Assembly: GCA_046050465.1 (NCBI GenBank)
Contig: JBJOPS010000036.1
Coordinates: forward strand, 48,180-112,179
Source of the DNA: Pseudomonadota bacterium
GTDB taxonomy: Bacteria > Pseudomonadota > Gammaproteobacteria > Burkholderiales > Burkholderiaceae_C
DNA: 64,000 nt
Reading direction: 5' to 3'
The notes under the pieces are model-generated. The model searched no databases and was not told the origin of the DNA. It saw nothing but the letters and a program-made list of their open reading frames with translations. Positions 40,778-52,977 of this stretch are shown in pieces. The number at the start of each line of letters is the position of its first letter. Within the stretch, counting starts at the first letter, position 1. Both the position numbers and the translations under genes were made by a program.

Positions 40778-41589
40778 CGCATCGATTCTATCGAGGCCAC
40801 TGTGTCGGCCAGCGTCGGGCGTGACTCGCAAACAACACCAAATCCGGCTTGCCGGGCTGCCGCGGCGATCCGCGCGTGGGTAACCACGGCACGCGCCCGT
40901 TGCCAACTTTGCGCGGGCAGCAGCGCAGTCAGATTCACTATCGCCTGCGAACTGCTGAACAGCCAGACCGATTCATCCGTTGCGGCGCAGACCGCCAGGC
41001 TGCGTTCGGCATCACCCCATGGCGGCAGGCATCGCCGGTACGTGGCGATCAGATCAACATGCGCCCCGGCTCCCTGGAGCTGGCTGGCAAACCAGTCGCG
41101 CCCGACGCCTGCACTGCTTTGCAGGTCAGAACCATCCTGACCCCGCACGATCAGGAACCGCTGATCGGCTTTCACGCTGGCGCCCATCACGTGCCACAGG
41201 GCTTCTGAATCAAATTGGCCCGCCTCGGGCGACGGTGCCTCAATGAAACCGGCCTCCACACCAGCCTTTAGCAGCGCCCGAACGGTACCGGGCCCCGTCG
41301 CCAGTGCTTTTGTCAGTGTTATACTTTTAATAGCGAACTGCGCAATGAATACGGGGGCTAAAGCCGGTTTTTGCATGAAAAAATGCTCAACTGCATTGCC
41401 ACTGACAAACATCACACCGCTGTAGCTGGCGATACGGCTCCAGGCCTGGCGGATGGGTTCAGGATCAGCCACCGGCTTGACTGCAATCAGTGGCAACGCC
41501 ACCGCATCCAGTCCTGCGGCCACCATCGCATCGACCCAGGGGGCCGCGTCGCGCGCTGGCCGGGTAACGATGACCCGCATGACCATCAA
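40774..41589 (-). CDS. hemD: uroporphyrinogen-III synthase
   Basis: 271 aa with [11 protein letters not shown]...[10 protein letters not shown]. Position after hemC. Contains repeat copy 7 (antisense) in frame. Confidence 0.8.
   Translation of the reverse strand: MMVMRVIVTRPARDAAPWVDAMVAAGLDAVALPLIAVKPVADPEPIRQAWSRIASYSGVMFVSGNAVEHFFMQKPALAPVFIAQFAIKSITLTKALATGPGTVRALLKAGVEAGFIEAPSPEAGQFDSEALWHVMGASVKADQRFLIVRGQDGSDLQSSAGVGRDWFASQLQGAGAHVDLIATYRRCLPPWGDAERSLAVCAATDESVWLFSSSQAIVNLTALLPAQSWQRARAVVTHARIAAAARQAGFGVVCESRPTLADTVASIESMR
41318..41372 (+). repeat. 55-nt interspersed repeat, copy 7 (variant core), inside hemD CDS, antisense
   Basis: GtTATacttttaaTAGCgaactgcgcAATGAatacgGGGGCTAaaGCCggttttt. 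The closest relative is copy 4. Confidence 0.8.
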
Positions 41590-42518
41590 CCTGCAGTCTT
41601 GGACTGGGCTTTCACCGCTGCCTGCAGCCGCCCGGCGGCCTGTTCGCCCAGTACGGTGGCGCCTGCCAGATCGGTCACGGTGGCCGTGGCCTGGGCACGG
41701 ACAATCGGCGCGGCGCCTTCCGGGTCACCCCAAGCGGCGTCAATGTGCAGGCTGCTACCGCTCAGCGTGGCAAACGCTGCCAGCGGCATGGAGCAGCTGC
41801 CCCCCATGGTGCGGCTGACCGCCCGCTCGGCAGCCACGGTCAGCCACGTGTCGTGGTGAATCAGGGGCGCCAGCGCGTCCATCACGTCCTGCCGGTCCGA
41901 GCGCACCTCGATGCCTAAAGCGCCCTGCCCGGCGGCGGGCAGCATCTCGGCAGGTTCAAACGTGGTGCGAATGCGTGCGCCCAGACCCAGGCGCTTCAGA
42001 CCGGCCGCGGCCAGCACAATGGCATCGTATTGCCCATCGTCGAGCTTGCGCAGGCGCGTATCCAGGTTGCCGCGCAGGGGCTCAATACGCAAATCAGGGC
42101 GCAGTGCACGCAGCAGCACCATGCGGCGCAGGCTGGAGGTGCCCACCACCGCTCCCACCGGCAAACTGGCCAGGCTGGCGTGGTGACTGGATACAAACGC
42201 ATCGCACGGGTCCTCGCGCTCCATCACGCAGGCCAGGCTGAAGCCATCAGGCAGCTCCATCGGCACATCTTTCAGTGAATGCACGGCCAGATCGGCACGG
42301 CCTTCTTCCAGTGCCACTTCGAGCTCTTTGACGAACAGGCCCTTGCCACCGACCTTGCTCAGGGAGCGGTCCAGAATCTGGTCACCCCGGGTCGTCATGC
42401 CCAGCAGCGCAACCTCGTGGCCCAGTTGCTCCAGCAGCGCCTTCACGTGTTCAGCCTGCCACAGGGCCAAACGGCTTTCCCGGGTGGCAATAATCAGCCT
42501 GGCAGTTTTCTTGCTCAA
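41586..42518 (-). CDS. hemC: hydroxymethylbilane synthase (porphobilinogen deaminase)
   Basis: 310 aa with [24 protein letters not shown] and [11 protein letters not shown]. Confidence 0.93.
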   Translation of the reverse strand: MSKKTARLIIATRESRLALWQAEHVKALLEQLGHEVALLGMTTRGDQILDRSLSKVGGKGLFVKELEVALEEGRADLAVHSLKDVPMELPDGFSLACVMEREDPCDAFVSSHHASLASLPVGAVVGTSSLRRMVLLRALRPDLRIEPLRGNLDTRLRKLDDGQYDAIVLAAAGLKRLGLGARIRTTFEPAEMLPAAGQGALGIEVRSDRQDVMDALAPLIHHDTWLTVAAERAVSRTMGGSCSMPLAAFATLSGSSLHIDAAWGDPEGAAPIVRAQATATVTDLAGATVLGEQAAGRLQAAVKAQSKTAG

Positions 42519-42604
42519 AGTCGTAACCTGTTTGTAATCCTTGGGGGAGCGACGATGCTAGCATGGGCCGAGCTCCCGCCCTCCTTCACAACACGTCCAT
42601 TGTC

Positions 42605-45538
42605 ATGACCAAATCCGCCAGCACCGAGCCCGTCCGCACCGCCAAAAGCAGTGCGCTTTCCGCCACCAAAGCGCGGAACAACGAACGCCCGCTGGTCGAA
42701 GACATCCGTTTTCTGGGCCGTATTCTGGGTGATGTGATCCGCGAACAGGAAGGCGACGCCGCTTTCGAGCTGATCGAAAGCATCCGCAAGCTGTCCGTCG
42801 CGTTCCGGCGCGACGCCGATCACGAGGCCGACAAAGCCCTGAAAAAACTGCTGAAAGGCCTGAGCGGCGAACAAACGGTGAGTGTGATCCGCGCCTTCAC
42901 CTATTTTTCACACTTGGCCAATCTGGCCGAAGACCGTCACCACATCCGCCGCCGCGCCATCCACGAGCGCGCGGGCGACACGCAGGAAGGCAGCATTGAA
43001 GTGGCCCTGTCGCGCCTGCGCTGGGCGGGCATCTCCACCAAAACCATCTCCTCCACGCTGGCTAAAAGCCACGTTTCCCCGGTGCTGACGGCCCACCCGA
43101 CCGAAGTGCAGCGCAAGAGCATTCTGGATGCCGAGCGCGACATTGCCCACCTGCTGACCGACCGCGACGAGATCAAGATGCGCGGAGCGACCTGCGACCC
43201 CGCGAAAGACATGCTCACCCCGCGTGAGCTGGGCATCAACGAAGCCCACATGCGCGCCCGCGTGATGCAGCTGTGGCAAACCCGCCTGCTGCGCTTCACC
43301 AAGCTCACGGTGGCCGATGAAATTGAAAACGCGCTGAGTTACTACGAATCCACCTTTTTGCGCGAGATTCCCAAGCTGTACGCCGAGCTGGAACACGCGC
43401 TGGGCCAGCAGCCCGTGCACAGCTTTTTGCGCATGGGCCAGTGGATCGGTGGTGACCGTGATGGCAACCCCAACGTGAGCGCGCAAACCCTCGAATACGC
43501 GCTGCGCCGCCAGGCCGAGGTGGCGCTGCGCTACTACCTGACTGAAGTGCACTACCTGGGCGGTGAGCTGTCTGTATCCGCCATGCTGGTGGGCTGCTCG
43601 GCTGCGATGCAAACGCTGGCAGAGCGCTCGCCAGATACCAACGCACACCGTCAGGATGAGCCCTACCGCCGCGCACTCACTGGCATGTATGCCCGCCTGG
43701 CCGCCACACTCAAAGAGTTGACTGGTGGCGACGCTGCCCGCCACGCGGTCGCCCCGCAAAACCCCTACCGTCTGCCTGAGGAGTTTTCTGCTGATCTGCA
43801 AACCATCAAGGCATCCCTGCTGGAAAACCATGGCGCCGCCCTGATCGCCCAGCGCCTGCAGCCGCTGATGCGTGCGGTGGAGGTGTTTGGCTTTCATCTG
43901 GCCACGGTGGACCTGCGCCAAAGCTCCGACAAGCATGAAGAAGTCATCAAGGAGCTGCTCAGTGCAGCCCGTATTGAAGCCAACTACAGCGCGCTGGATG
44001 AATCTGCCAAGCGCGAGCTGCTTGCCAGGGTGCTGAACGATGCGCGCTCGCTGCGCGTGATGGGCACCACTTACTCGGCGCACGCCCAGTCCGAGCTGGC
44101 CATTTTTGAAGCCGCCAAGGTGATGCGCGAGCGCTTTGGCGCACAAGCCATTCGCCACTACATCATCAGCCACACCGAAACCGCGAGCGACCTGATGGAG
44201 GTGCTGGTGCTGCAAAAAGAAGTGGGCCTGATGCGCGGCATTCTCAATGACCCCCACGCTGACGCTGCCCCCCAAGGGGGCGCTCACGCCTTGGGGCGGC
44301 CCGGCGGCGCTCATGCCACTCCTGCAACCAACGACCTGATCGTCGTGCCCCTGTTCGAAACCATCGAGGACCTGCGCAATGCTGCGCCCATCATGCGCGA
44401 CTTTTACGCGGTGCCCGGTGTGGCACAGCTCATCCGGCGCAGCGGTGCCGAGCAGGACATCATGCTGGGTTATTCCGACAGCAACAAGGATGGCGGCATC
44501 TTCACCAGCAACTGGGAGCTTTACCGCGCCGAAATTGCGCTGGTGGAGCTGTTTGACAAGCTGGAGCACGAGCACAAAGGCGCCAAACCCATTCAGCTGC
44601 GCATGTTCCACGGCCGCGGCGGCACGGTGGGGCGTGGCGGCGGCCCCAGCTACCAGGCTATTCTGGCGCAGCCCCCGGGCACCGTGCGCGGGCAAATCCG
44701 CCTGACCGAGCAGGGCGAAGTGATCGGCTCCAAATACGCCAACCCCGAAATCGGCCGGCGCAACCTGGAAACACTGGTTGCTGCCACGCTGGAAGCCACG
44801 CTGCTGCAACCCACCAAAGCGGCCACCCAGCCGTTTCTGAACGCGGCCGCCGAGCTGTCCCAAAGCAGCATGGCTGCCTATCGGGCGCTGGTGTATGAAA
44901 CCCCCGGCTTCACCGAATATTTTTTCAGCGCCACACCCATTCGCGAAATTGCCGAGCTCAACATCGGCTCGCGCCCTGCATCGCGCAAGGCATCGCAAAA
45001 AATTGAAGACCTGCGCGCCATCCCCTGGGGCTTTAGCTGGGGTCAGTGCCGCCTGACCTTGCCGGGCTGGTATGGGTTTGGCTCGGCCATCCACACGTTC
45101 CTGAACCAGGCGGGTACCAAGTCACACAAGGAACGGCTGGCACTGCTGCAAAAGATGTATCGCCAGTGGCCGTTCTTCAACACGCTGCTGTCCAACATGG
45201 ACATGGTGATGGCCAAGAGCGATCTGGCACTGGCCTCGCGTTATGCCGAGCTGGTGGGCGACGCCCGCCAGCGCAAACGGGTTTTTACGGCCATCGAGAC
45301 CGAATGGCACAGCACCGCCCACGCGCTGGCCCAGATCACCGGTGAAAAACACCGCCTGGCCAACAACGCTGCGCTGCAGCGCTCCATTCGCCACCGTTTT
45401 CCGTACATCGACCCCCTGCACCACCTGCAGGTGGAGCTGGTGCGCCGCTACCGGGCGGGCGAAGCCGATGACCGTGAGCAGCGCGGCATTCACATTTCCA
45501 TCAACGGCATTGCGGCGGGGTTGCGCAATACGGGCTAG
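42605..45538 (+). CDS. ppc: phosphoenolpyruvate carboxylase
   Basis: [18 protein letters not shown] and [14 protein letters not shown] motifs, with the C-terminal GLRNTG. Start set to ATG 42605; the ORF track gives 42563. Confidence 0.93.
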   Translation: MTKSASTEPVRTAKSSALSATKARNNERPLVEDIRFLGRILGDVIREQEGDAAFELIESIRKLSVAFRRDADHEADKALKKLLKGLSGEQTVSVIRAFTYFSHLANLAEDRHHIRRRAIHERAGDTQEGSIEVALSRLRWAGISTKTISSTLAKSHVSPVLTAHPTEVQRKSILDAERDIAHLLTDRDEIKMRGATCDPAKDMLTPRELGINEAHMRARVMQLWQTRLLRFTKLTVADEIENALSYYESTFLREIPKLYAELEHALGQQPVHSFLRMGQWIGGDRDGNPNVSAQTLEYALRRQAEVALRYYLTEVHYLGGELSVSAMLVGCSAAMQTLAERSPDTNAHRQDEPYRRALTGMYARLAATLKELTGGDAARHAVAPQNPYRLPEEFSADLQTIKASLLENHGAALIAQRLQPLMRAVEVFGFHLATVDLRQSSDKHEEVIKELLSAARIEANYSALDESAKRELLARVLNDARSLRVMGTTYSAHAQSELAIFEAAKVMRERFGAQAIRHYIISHTETASDLMEVLVLQKEVGLMRGILNDPHADAAPQGGAHALGRPGGAHATPATNDLIVVPLFETIEDLRNAAPIMRDFYAVPGVAQLIRRSGAEQDIMLGYSDSNKDGGIFTSNWELYRAEIALVELFDKLEHEHKGAKPIQLRMFHGRGGTVGRGGGPSYQAILAQPPGTVRGQIRLTEQGEVIGSKYANPEIGRRNLETLVAATLEATLLQPTKAATQPFLNAAAELSQSSMAAYRALVYETPGFTEYFFSATPIREIAELNIGSRPASRKASQKIEDLRAIPWGFSWGQCRLTLPGWYGFGSAIHTFLNQAGTKSHKERLALLQKMYRQWPFFNTLLSNMDMVMAKSDLALASRYAELVGDARQRKRVFTAIETEWHSTAHALAQITGEKHRLANNAALQRSIRHRFPYIDPLHHLQVELVRRYRAGEADDREQRGIHISINGIAAGLRNTG

Positions 45539-45696
45539 CTGGCGTGCGGGCTTCAAGGGCGTGCATTTGGGCTGTTTTGTCCTTGCAATGCATGGATATC
45601 ACTCCAACTTTTTGATATCTACCCTCTCCAAGGTGCACACCATCACTTTCAGGCAGACTCCAATTATCATGATGCAAAACCACCTCTTGCATCCAA

Positions 45697-46416
45697 ATGG
45701 CCCGACTTCCCCGTCTGACAATCGCCGGTTATCAGCACCACGTTATTCAGCGGGGTAACAATCGTCAGCCGATCTTTGTCGCCCCTGCGGACCGTCAGAC
45801 ACTGCTCGACCTGTTGCATGCCAGTGCCGATAAGTTTGGCGTGGCTATTCATGCGTATGTTTTGATGACCAACCACTTCCATTTGCTGGCTACTCCGCAA
45901 ACGGTTGGCAGTCTGCCACAAATGATGCAGGCGGTGGGGCGCAGTTATGTAAGGTACTTTAATGATTCGCAGGGACGTACTGGTACCCTGTGGGAGGGGC
46001 GGTACAAGTCCACATTGATTCAAGCAGACCGCTACCTGCTGGCTTGTATGGCTTATATTGATCTCAATCCGGTGCGAGCAGGCCTGGTAGCGCAGGTTGC
46101 AGATCATGCATGGTCCAGTTATGGACACTACACGGGACATAAAACAGACAAACTGGTTACGCCGCACCCGCTGTACTGGGAGTTGGGTAACACGCCTTTT
46201 GCCAGAGAGGCGGCATATGCCGATTTGGTGCGTGTTGGCGTTTCTGATCAACAACAGGCCGCCTTGACCCAATCCGTGCTCCGTGGCTGGGCTTTGGGTG
46301 GCGAAGATTTCGTGGTTGCCTTGCAAAAAATGACGGTACGCAGGGTTATTAAAGGGTCAGCCGGGCGGCCTCCTTTTAACAAAACAAGTAGTCCAAAAGA
46401 GGCTGATCCAACATGA
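45697..46416 (+). CDS. REP-associated tyrosine transposase (RAYT) / IS200-like Y1 HUH transposase
   Basis: 239 aa: YHVIQRGNNRQPIF, HAYVLMTNHFHLL (HUH motif), TLWEGRYKS (catalytic Tyr), and YIDLNPVRAGLV. No tnpB partner and no IS-type terminal structure recognised. Confidence 0.8.
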   Translation: MARLPRLTIAGYQHHVIQRGNNRQPIFVAPADRQTLLDLLHASADKFGVAIHAYVLMTNHFHLLATPQTVGSLPQMMQAVGRSYVRYFNDSQGRTGTLWEGRYKSTLIQADRYLLACMAYIDLNPVRAGLVAQVADHAWSSYGHYTGHKTDKLVTPHPLYWELGNTPFAREAAYADLVRVGVSDQQQAALTQSVLRGWALGGEDFVVALQKMTVRRVIKGSAGRPPFNKTSSPKEADPT

Positions 46417-46582
46417 AGAACCCAGTAATGGCCATGAATTTGATGTGTCCCTAATTATTATGAAATCATACGGCTGATAAATTAATTGGAATCTGACCCC
46501 TATTAATTATCTTGGTGTTATTGTTGCGGTGCACTAAACTCATGCTCCCGCGACGATTTGCCAAGACATATAGGAGTGCGTC

Positions 46583-49500
46583 ATGACTACGAAGGCAGAG
46601 ATTGCCCATCTTCAACAAACCGGCCTGTATTCCACTGCAAACGAGCATGACGCCTGTGGCGTGGGCTTTGTGGCCCACATCCGGGGCCAGAAGTCGCACG
46701 ACATTGTCAAGAACGCGCTGAAGATTCTGGAGAACCTGGACCATCGGGGGGCCGTGGGCGCCGACAAGCTGATGGGCGACGGTGCCGGCATCCTGATCCA
46801 GTTGCCCGACGCGCTCTACCGCGAAGAGATGGCCGCCCAAGGGGTGGTCTTGCCGCCACCGGGTGAATACGGCGTGGGCATGGTGTTTTTACCCAAGGAA
46901 CACGCCAGCCGCCTGGCCTGCGAGCAGGAACTCGAGCGCGCCGTGAAGGCCGAAGGCCAAGTGTTGCTGGGCTGGCGCGATGTGGCCGTCAACCGCGACA
47001 TGCCCATGTCGCCAACGGTGCGTGAAAAAGAGCCCATCTTGCGCCAGATTTTCATCGGCCGCGGCAACGACGTGATCGTCCAGGACGCACTGGAGCGCAA
47101 GCTGTATGTCATCCGCAAGACCGCCAGCGCCGCCATCCAGAACCTCAAGCTCAAGCACAGCAAAGAATATTACGTGCCCAGCATGAGCAGCCGCACGGTG
47201 GTTTACAAGGGCCTGCTGCTGGCCGACCAGGTGGGCGTGTATTTCAAGGACCTGGCCGATATGCGTTGCGTCTCCGCCCTGGGACTGGTGCACCAGCGCT
47301 TTTCCACCAACACCTTCCCGGAGTGGCCGCTGGCCCACCCCTACCGCTATGTGGCCCACAACGGCGAGATCAACACCGTCAAGGGCAACTACAACTGGAT
47401 GAAGGCGCGCGAAGGCGTGATGTCCTCGCCCGTGCTGGCGGCCGACCTGAAAAAGCTCTATCCCATCAGCTTTGCCGACCAGTCCGACACGGCCACCTTC
47501 GACAACTGCCTGGAACTGCTGACCATGGCGGGCTACCCCATCAGCCAGGCCGTGATGATGATGATTCCCGAGCCTTGGGAGCAGCACACCACCATGGACG
47601 AGCGCCGCAAGGCCTTCTATGAGTACCACGCTGCGATGATGGAACCCTGGGACGGCCCGGCCTCCATCGTGTTCACCGACGGCCGCCAGATCGGCGCCAC
47701 GCTGGACCGCAACGGCCTGCGCCCCTCGCGTTACTGCATCACCGATGACGACCTGGTCATCATGGGTTCCGAGTCCGGTGTGTTGCCCGTGCCCGAGAAC
47801 AAAATTGTGCGCAAGTGGCGCTTGCAGCCCGGCAAGATGTTCCTGATCGACTTGGAACAAGGCCGCATGATTGATGACGAAGAGCTCAAAGCCAACCTCG
47901 CCAACAGCAAGCCCTACAAGCAGTGGATCGAAAACCTGCGCATCAAGCTTGACGACGTCAAGTTCGATGAGCGCCGTACCGACAAGGCCCTGGCCGACGT
48001 GGTAGCCGGTGTGGAACCCAAGCGCGTCACCGACCAGGTGAGCCTCCTGGACCGCCAGCAAGCTTTCGGCTTTACCCAGGAAGACCTGAAGTTCCTGATT
48101 GCACCGATGGCGACCGCCGGCGAAGAAGCCATAGGTTCCATGGGCAACGATAGTCCCTTGGCGGTTTTGTCGGACAAAAACAAGCCGCTGTACAGCTACT
48201 TCAAGCAGCTATTCGCGCAGGTGACCAACCCGCCGATCGACCCGATCCGCGAAGCCATCGTGATGTCTTTGGTGTCCTTCATCGGGCCCAAGCCAAACCT
48301 GTTGGACATCAACCAGGTGAACCCGCCCATGCGTCTGGAAGTGAGCCAGCCGATCCTGGACTTCGCCGACATGGCCAAGGTGCGCGACATCGAGCAGCAC
48401 ACCCAAGGCAAGTTCCGCAGCGCCACGCTGGACATCACCTACCCGCTGGCCTGGGGCCACGAGGGTGTGGAAGCCAAGCTGGCGTCCCTGTGCGCAGAAG
48501 CAGTGGACGCGATCAAGGGCGGCAAAAACATCCTGATCATCAGCGATCGCGGCATCAGCGCGACCCAGGTGGCCATCCCTGCATTGTTGGCACTCTCTGC
48601 CATTCATCAGCACCTGGTGCGCGAAGGGCTGCGCACCACCGCCGGTCTGGTGGTGGAAACTGGTACAGCCCGTGAAGTGCACCACTTTGCCGTGTTGGCC
48701 GGCTACGGCGCAGAGGCTGTGCATCCCTACCTCGCCATGGAAACCCTGGAGAGCATCCATAAGGACCTGCCGGGCGACCTGAGCGCTGAAAAAGCCATCT
48801 ACAACTACATCAAGGCGATCGGCAAGGGTCTGTCCAAGATCATGTCCAAGATGGGCGTGTCGACCTACATGTCCTACTGCGGTGCCCAGCTGTTCGAAGC
48901 CATTGGCCTGAACACTGAAACCATCGACAAGTACTTCACCCGCACTCCCAGCAAGGTGGAAGGCATTGGCGTGTTCGAGATCGCGGAAGAAGCCATCCGC
49001 ATGCACAAGCTGGCCTTCGGCGACAGCCCTGTGCTGGCGAACGCCTTGGACGCCGGCGGTGAATACGCCTGGCGTACCCGTGGTGAAGAGCACATGTGGA
49101 CACCGGATGCGATTGCCAAGCTGCAGCACTCCACCCGCGCCAACAACTGGAATACCTACAAAGAGTACGCCCAGATCATCAACGACCAGTCCAAGCGCCA
49201 CCTGACGTTGCGCGGCTTGTTCGAGTTCAAGGTGGACCCTGCCAAGGCCATTCCGCTGGAAGAAGTCGAGCCCGCCAAGGAAATCGTCAAGCGTTTCGCG
49301 ACCGGCGCCATGTCCTTGGGCTCCATCTCCACCGAAGCACACGCCACACTGGCTGTGGCCATGAACCGCATTGGCGGCAAGAGCAATACCGGTGAAGGTG
49401 GTGAAGACGCTGCCCGTTACCGCAACGAACTCAAGGGCATCCCGATCAAACAGGGCGACAGCCTCAAGAGCGTGATCGGTGCCGAGAACGTGGAAGTGGA

Positions 49501-51355
49501 CTTGCCTTTGTTGGCGGGTGACTCCCTGCGTAGCCGCATCAAGCAGGTGGCCTCGGGCCGCTTCGGTGTGACCGCGGAGTACCTGTCCAGTGCTGACCAG
49601 ATCCAGATCAAGATGGCCCAGGGCGCCAAGCCCGGCGAAGGCGGCCAGCTGCCCGGTGGCAAGGTGTCCGACTACATTGGCAAGCTGCGTCACTCGGTGC
49701 CTGGTGTGGGCTTGATTTCGCCCCCGCCGCACCACGACATCTATTCGATCGAAGACTTGGCCCAGCTGATTCACGATCTGAAGAACGTGGCGCCGCACTC
49801 CGGCATCAGCGTGAAGCTGGTGTCCGAAATCGGTGTGGGCACGATTGCCGCCGGCGTTGCCAAGTGCAAGGCCGACCACGTGGTGATTGCCGGGCACGAC
49901 GGTGGCACCGGCGCTTCACCCTGGTCCTCCATCAAGCATTGCGGTAGCCCCTGGGAAATCGGCCTGGCCGAAACCCAGCAAACGCTAGTGCTGAACCGCC
50001 TGCGCAGCCGTATCCGCGTGCAGGCCGATGGCCAGATGAAGACCGGCCGTGACGTCGCCATCGGCGCGCTGCTGGGCGCCGACGAATTCGGCTTTGCCAC
50101 TGCACCGCTGGTGGTGGAAGGCTGCATCATGATGCGCAAGTGCCACCTGAACACCTGCCCCGTGGGTGTGGCCACGCAAGACCCCGTGCTGCGCGCCAAG
50201 TTCTCCGGCAAGCCTGAGCATGTGGTGAACTACTTCTTCTTCATTGCTGAAGAAGTGCGCCAGATCATGGCCCAGCTCGGCATTCGCAAGTTCGACGACC
50301 TGATTGGCCGCTCGGACCTGCTGGACACCCGCAAGGGCATCGAGCACTGGAAGGCCCAGGGCCTGGACTTCGCTCGCCTGTTCGCGCAGCCGCAAGTGCC
50401 GGCCGACGTGCCCCGCTTCCAGACGCTGACACAAGACCACGGCCTGGAAAAAGCCCTGGACAACGTGCTCATCGCCAAGAGCCGACCGGCTATTGACAAG
50501 GGTGAGCGTGTGCAGTTCATGGAAGTGGCCCGCAATGTGAACCGCTCCGTGGGGGCCATGCTCTCCGGCGCGGTCACCAAGGTGCACCCTGAGGGCTTGC
50601 CGGATGACACCATCCGCATTCAGCTCGAAGGCACGGGAGGCCAGTCTTTTGGCGCGTTCCTGACTCGCGGTATCACGCTCTACCTGATCGGTGACGCCAA
50701 TGACTACACCGGCAAGGGCCTGTCAGGTGGCCGCGTGGTGGTGCGACCCAGTATCGACTTCCGTGGCGATGCCATTCGCAACACGATTGTCGGCAATACC
50801 GTGATGTACGGTGCCACGACAGGGGAGGCCTTCTTGAGCGGTGTGGCCGGTGAACGCTTCGCGGTCCGTTTGTCTGGTGCGACAGCGGTGGTGGAAGGCA
50901 CGGGCGACCACGGCTGTGAATACATGACTGGCGGCACCGTTGCGGTGTTGGGCAAGACCGGCCGCAACTTCGCCGCCGGCATGAGCGGTGGCATTGCCTA
51001 TGTGCTTGATGAGGACGGCCAATTCGCCAAGCGCTGCAACACCGCCATGGTCAGTCTGGAAAAAGTGCTGACTACCAAAGAGCAGGAAACCAGCCTCGAC
51101 AAGGCTATCTGGCACCGTGGCGAGAGTGATGAAGCGCAGCTCAAGAAGTTGCTGGAGGATCACAACCGCTGGACCGGCAGCAAGCGTGCCCGCGAGTTGC
51201 TGGACACCTGGGACACGTCACGGGCCAAGTTCGTCAAGGTATTCCCCAATGAGTACAAGCGTGCTCTGGGCGAGATGCATGCAAAGAAAGTGGCCACAGC
51301 CCCCGTAAAATCTGCGCCGACAGCTACAAAAAAAGAAGCAGAACCCGCCAAGTAA
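46583..51355 (+). CDS. gltB: glutamate synthase large subunit
   Basis: 1590 aa with an N-terminal CGVGFVA amidotransferase, the FMN domain and the GXGXG C-domain. Confidence 0.97.
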   Translation: MTTKAEIAHLQQTGLYSTANEHDACGVGFVAHIRGQKSHDIVKNALKILENLDHRGAVGADKLMGDGAGILIQLPDALYREEMAAQGVVLPPPGEYGVGMVFLPKEHASRLACEQELERAVKAEGQVLLGWRDVAVNRDMPMSPTVREKEPILRQIFIGRGNDVIVQDALERKLYVIRKTASAAIQNLKLKHSKEYYVPSMSSRTVVYKGLLLADQVGVYFKDLADMRCVSALGLVHQRFSTNTFPEWPLAHPYRYVAHNGEINTVKGNYNWMKAREGVMSSPVLAADLKKLYPISFADQSDTATFDNCLELLTMAGYPISQAVMMMIPEPWEQHTTMDERRKAFYEYHAAMMEPWDGPASIVFTDGRQIGATLDRNGLRPSRYCITDDDLVIMGSESGVLPVPENKIVRKWRLQPGKMFLIDLEQGRMIDDEELKANLANSKPYKQWIENLRIKLDDVKFDERRTDKALADVVAGVEPKRVTDQVSLLDRQQAFGFTQEDLKFLIAPMATAGEEAIGSMGNDSPLAVLSDKNKPLYSYFKQLFAQVTNPPIDPIREAIVMSLVSFIGPKPNLLDINQVNPPMRLEVSQPILDFADMAKVRDIEQHTQGKFRSATLDITYPLAWGHEGVEAKLASLCAEAVDAIKGGKNILIISDRGISATQVAIPALLALSAIHQHLVREGLRTTAGLVVETGTAREVHHFAVLAGYGAEAVHPYLAMETLESIHKDLPGDLSAEKAIYNYIKAIGKGLSKIMSKMGVSTYMSYCGAQLFEAIGLNTETIDKYFTRTPSKVEGIGVFEIAEEAIRMHKLAFGDSPVLANALDAGGEYAWRTRGEEHMWTPDAIAKLQHSTRANNWNTYKEYAQIINDQSKRHLTLRGLFEFKVDPAKAIPLEEVEPAKEIVKRFATGAMSLGSISTEAHATLAVAMNRIGGKSNTGEGGEDAARYRNELKGIPIKQGDSLKSVIGAENVEVDLPLLAGDSLRSRIKQVASGRFGVTAEYLSSADQIQIKMAQGAKPGEGGQLPGGKVSDYIGKLRHSVPGVGLISPPPHHDIYSIEDLAQLIHDLKNVAPHSGISVKLVSEIGVGTIAAGVAKCKADHVVIAGHDGGTGASPWSSIKHCGSPWEIGLAETQQTLVLNRLRSRIRVQADGQMKTGRDVAIGALLGADEFGFATAPLVVEGCIMMRKCHLNTCPVGVATQDPVLRAKFSGKPEHVVNYFFFIAEEVRQIMAQLGIRKFDDLIGRSDLLDTRKGIEHWKAQGLDFARLFAQPQVPADVPRFQTLTQDHGLEKALDNVLIAKSRPAIDKGERVQFMEVARNVNRSVGAMLSGAVTKVHPEGLPDDTIRIQLEGTGGQSFGAFLTRGITLYLIGDANDYTGKGLSGGRVVVRPSIDFRGDAIRNTIVGNTVMYGATTGEAFLSGVAGERFAVRLSGATAVVEGTGDHGCEYMTGGTVAVLGKTGRNFAAGMSGGIAYVLDEDGQFAKRCNTAMVSLEKVLTTKEQETSLDKAIWHRGESDEAQLKKLLEDHNRWTGSKRARELLDTWDTSRAKFVKVFPNEYKRALGEMHAKKVATAPVKSAPTATKKEAEPAK

Positions 51356-51382
51356 GGCCTCAATCAGAAACCCGCAATGTTG

Positions 51383-51406
51383 GGGACAGAGCTAAAGATC
51401 TGTCCC
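51383..51406. repeat. 8-bp stem hairpin GGGACAGA-N8-TCTGTCCC in the gltB-gltD spacer
   Basis: Perfect inverted repeat read directly from the sequence. Function unknown (mRNA processing or stability element, or REP-like). Confidence 0.5.
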
Positions 51407-51422
51407 GCAAAGGAGTAGAAAT

Positions 51423-52889
51423 ATGGGAAAAATCACTGGCTTCATGGAGTTTGAGCGCGTTGAGGAGGGCTACAAACCCGTCACCGAGCGCCTCAAGCAC
51501 TACAAGGAATTTGTGGTGGGCCTGGACGATGCGCAGGCCAACAAGCAAGCCGCGCGTTGCATGGACTGCGGCACACCGTTCTGCAACAACGGTTGCCCGG
51601 TCAACAACATCATTCCGGACTTCAACGATCTGGTTTACACGAAGAACTGGAAGGCGGCGATCGACACCCTGCACAGCACCAACAACTTCCCCGAGTTCAC
51701 TGGCCGTATCTGCCCCGCACCCTGCGAGGCCGCCTGCACGCTCAATGTGAATGACGAGGCCGTGGGCATCAAGTCCATCGAGCACGCCATCATCGACCGC
51801 GCCTGGGCCGAAGGTTGGGTCCAAGCCCAGCCTGCCAAGATCAAGACCGGCAAGAAGGTCGCCGTGGTCGGCTCCGGCCCTGCCGGCATGGCGGCTGCCC
51901 AGCAACTGGCCCGTGCGGGCCACGACGTGACGCTGTTCGAGAAAAACGACCGCATCGGCGGCCTGCTGCGCTACGGCATTCCCGACTTCAAGATGGAGAA
52001 GTCTCACATTGACCGCCGCGCCGAACAGCTGGTGGCCGAAGGCGTGACCATCCGTACCAGCGTGCTGGTGGGGGAAATGCCCAAGAGCTCCAAGGTGACG
52101 AACTGGGCCAAGGAAACGATCAGCGCCGCGCAACTGCAAAAGGATTTTGACGCAGTGCTGCTCACCGGCGGCTCTGAACAGTCGCGTGACCTGCCCGTGC
52201 CTGGCCGTGACCTGGACGGCATCCACTTTGCCATGGAGTTTTTGCCCCAGCAGAACAAGGTCAATGCGGGTGACAAGCTCAAGGGCCAGTTGCGCGCCGA
52301 CGGCAAACACGTCATCGTCATTGGCGGTGGCGACACCGGCTCCGATTGCGTGGGCACCAGCAACCGCCACGGCGCGGTCAGCGTCACCCAGTTTGAGGTG
52401 ATGCCCCAGCCGCCCGAAGAAGAAAACCGCCCCATGACCTGGCCCTACTGGCCGTTGAAGCTGCGCACCAGCTCCAGCCACGAAGAAGGTTGCGAGCGCG
52501 TGTTCTCCATTTCCACCAAGGAATTCATCGGTGAAAAAGGCAAGGTCACCGGCCTGAAGACCGTGCAGGTTGAATTCAAGGACGGGAAGCTGGTCGATGT
52601 GCCCGGTACTGAAAAAGTGCTGAAGGCTGACCTGGTGTTGCTGGCCATGGGCTTTGTGAACCCCGTGGCGACCATTCTGGACGTGTTCGGTGTGGACAAG
52701 GATGCACGCGGCAATGCCAAGGCCAGCACCGACTTCATCGGCGGCTACGCGACCAATGTGCCCAAGGTGTTTGCGGCCGGTGACATGCGCCGCGGCCAGT
52801 CCTTGGTGGTGTGGGCGATCCGCGAAGGTCGGCAGGCCGCCCGTGCGGTGGATGAATTTCTGATGGGGTTCAGCGACTTGCCAAGGTAA
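51423..52889 (+). CDS. gltD: glutamate synthase small subunit
   Basis: 488 aa with CMDCGTPFC and CPAPCE Fe-S motifs and [11 protein letters not shown]. Confidence 0.95.
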   Translation: MGKITGFMEFERVEEGYKPVTERLKHYKEFVVGLDDAQANKQAARCMDCGTPFCNNGCPVNNIIPDFNDLVYTKNWKAAIDTLHSTNNFPEFTGRICPAPCEAACTLNVNDEAVGIKSIEHAIIDRAWAEGWVQAQPAKIKTGKKVAVVGSGPAGMAAAQQLARAGHDVTLFEKNDRIGGLLRYGIPDFKMEKSHIDRRAEQLVAEGVTIRTSVLVGEMPKSSKVTNWAKETISAAQLQKDFDAVLLTGGSEQSRDLPVPGRDLDGIHFAMEFLPQQNKVNAGDKLKGQLRADGKHVIVIGGGDTGSDCVGTSNRHGAVSVTQFEVMPQPPEEENRPMTWPYWPLKLRTSSSHEEGCERVFSISTKEFIGEKGKVTGLKTVQVEFKDGKLVDVPGTEKVLKADLVLLAMGFVNPVATILDVFGVDKDARGNAKASTDFIGGYATNVPKVFAAGDMRRGQSLVVWAIREGRQAARAVDEFLMGFSDLPR

Positions 52890-52950
52890 GCAGCTGTAAC
52901 GAATCTGTCTATTTGGGAGCCCTCTTGGGGGAATCCCTTATCATGCAATT

Positions 52951-52977
52951 GCCGGACAAAACCCGGCTTTGCTTTTT
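52951..52977 (+). terminator. weak terminator-like hairpin after gltD
   Basis: GCCGG-acaaaac-CCGGC followed by TTTGCTTTTT. Only a 5-bp stem. Confidence 0.3.

Noticed and set aside
45520-45545. GCGCAATACGGGCTAGCTGG at the ppc 3' end resembles the variant core and tail of the 55-nt repeat.
   Set aside because: These bases encode the universally conserved PPC C-terminus LRNTG-stop. The match is short (about 12 nt) and best explained by chance.
45667-46326. 219-aa ORF antisense to the RAYT gene.
   Set aside because: The opposite strand encodes a protein with clear HUH and Tyr transposase motifs. The antisense translation has no features.
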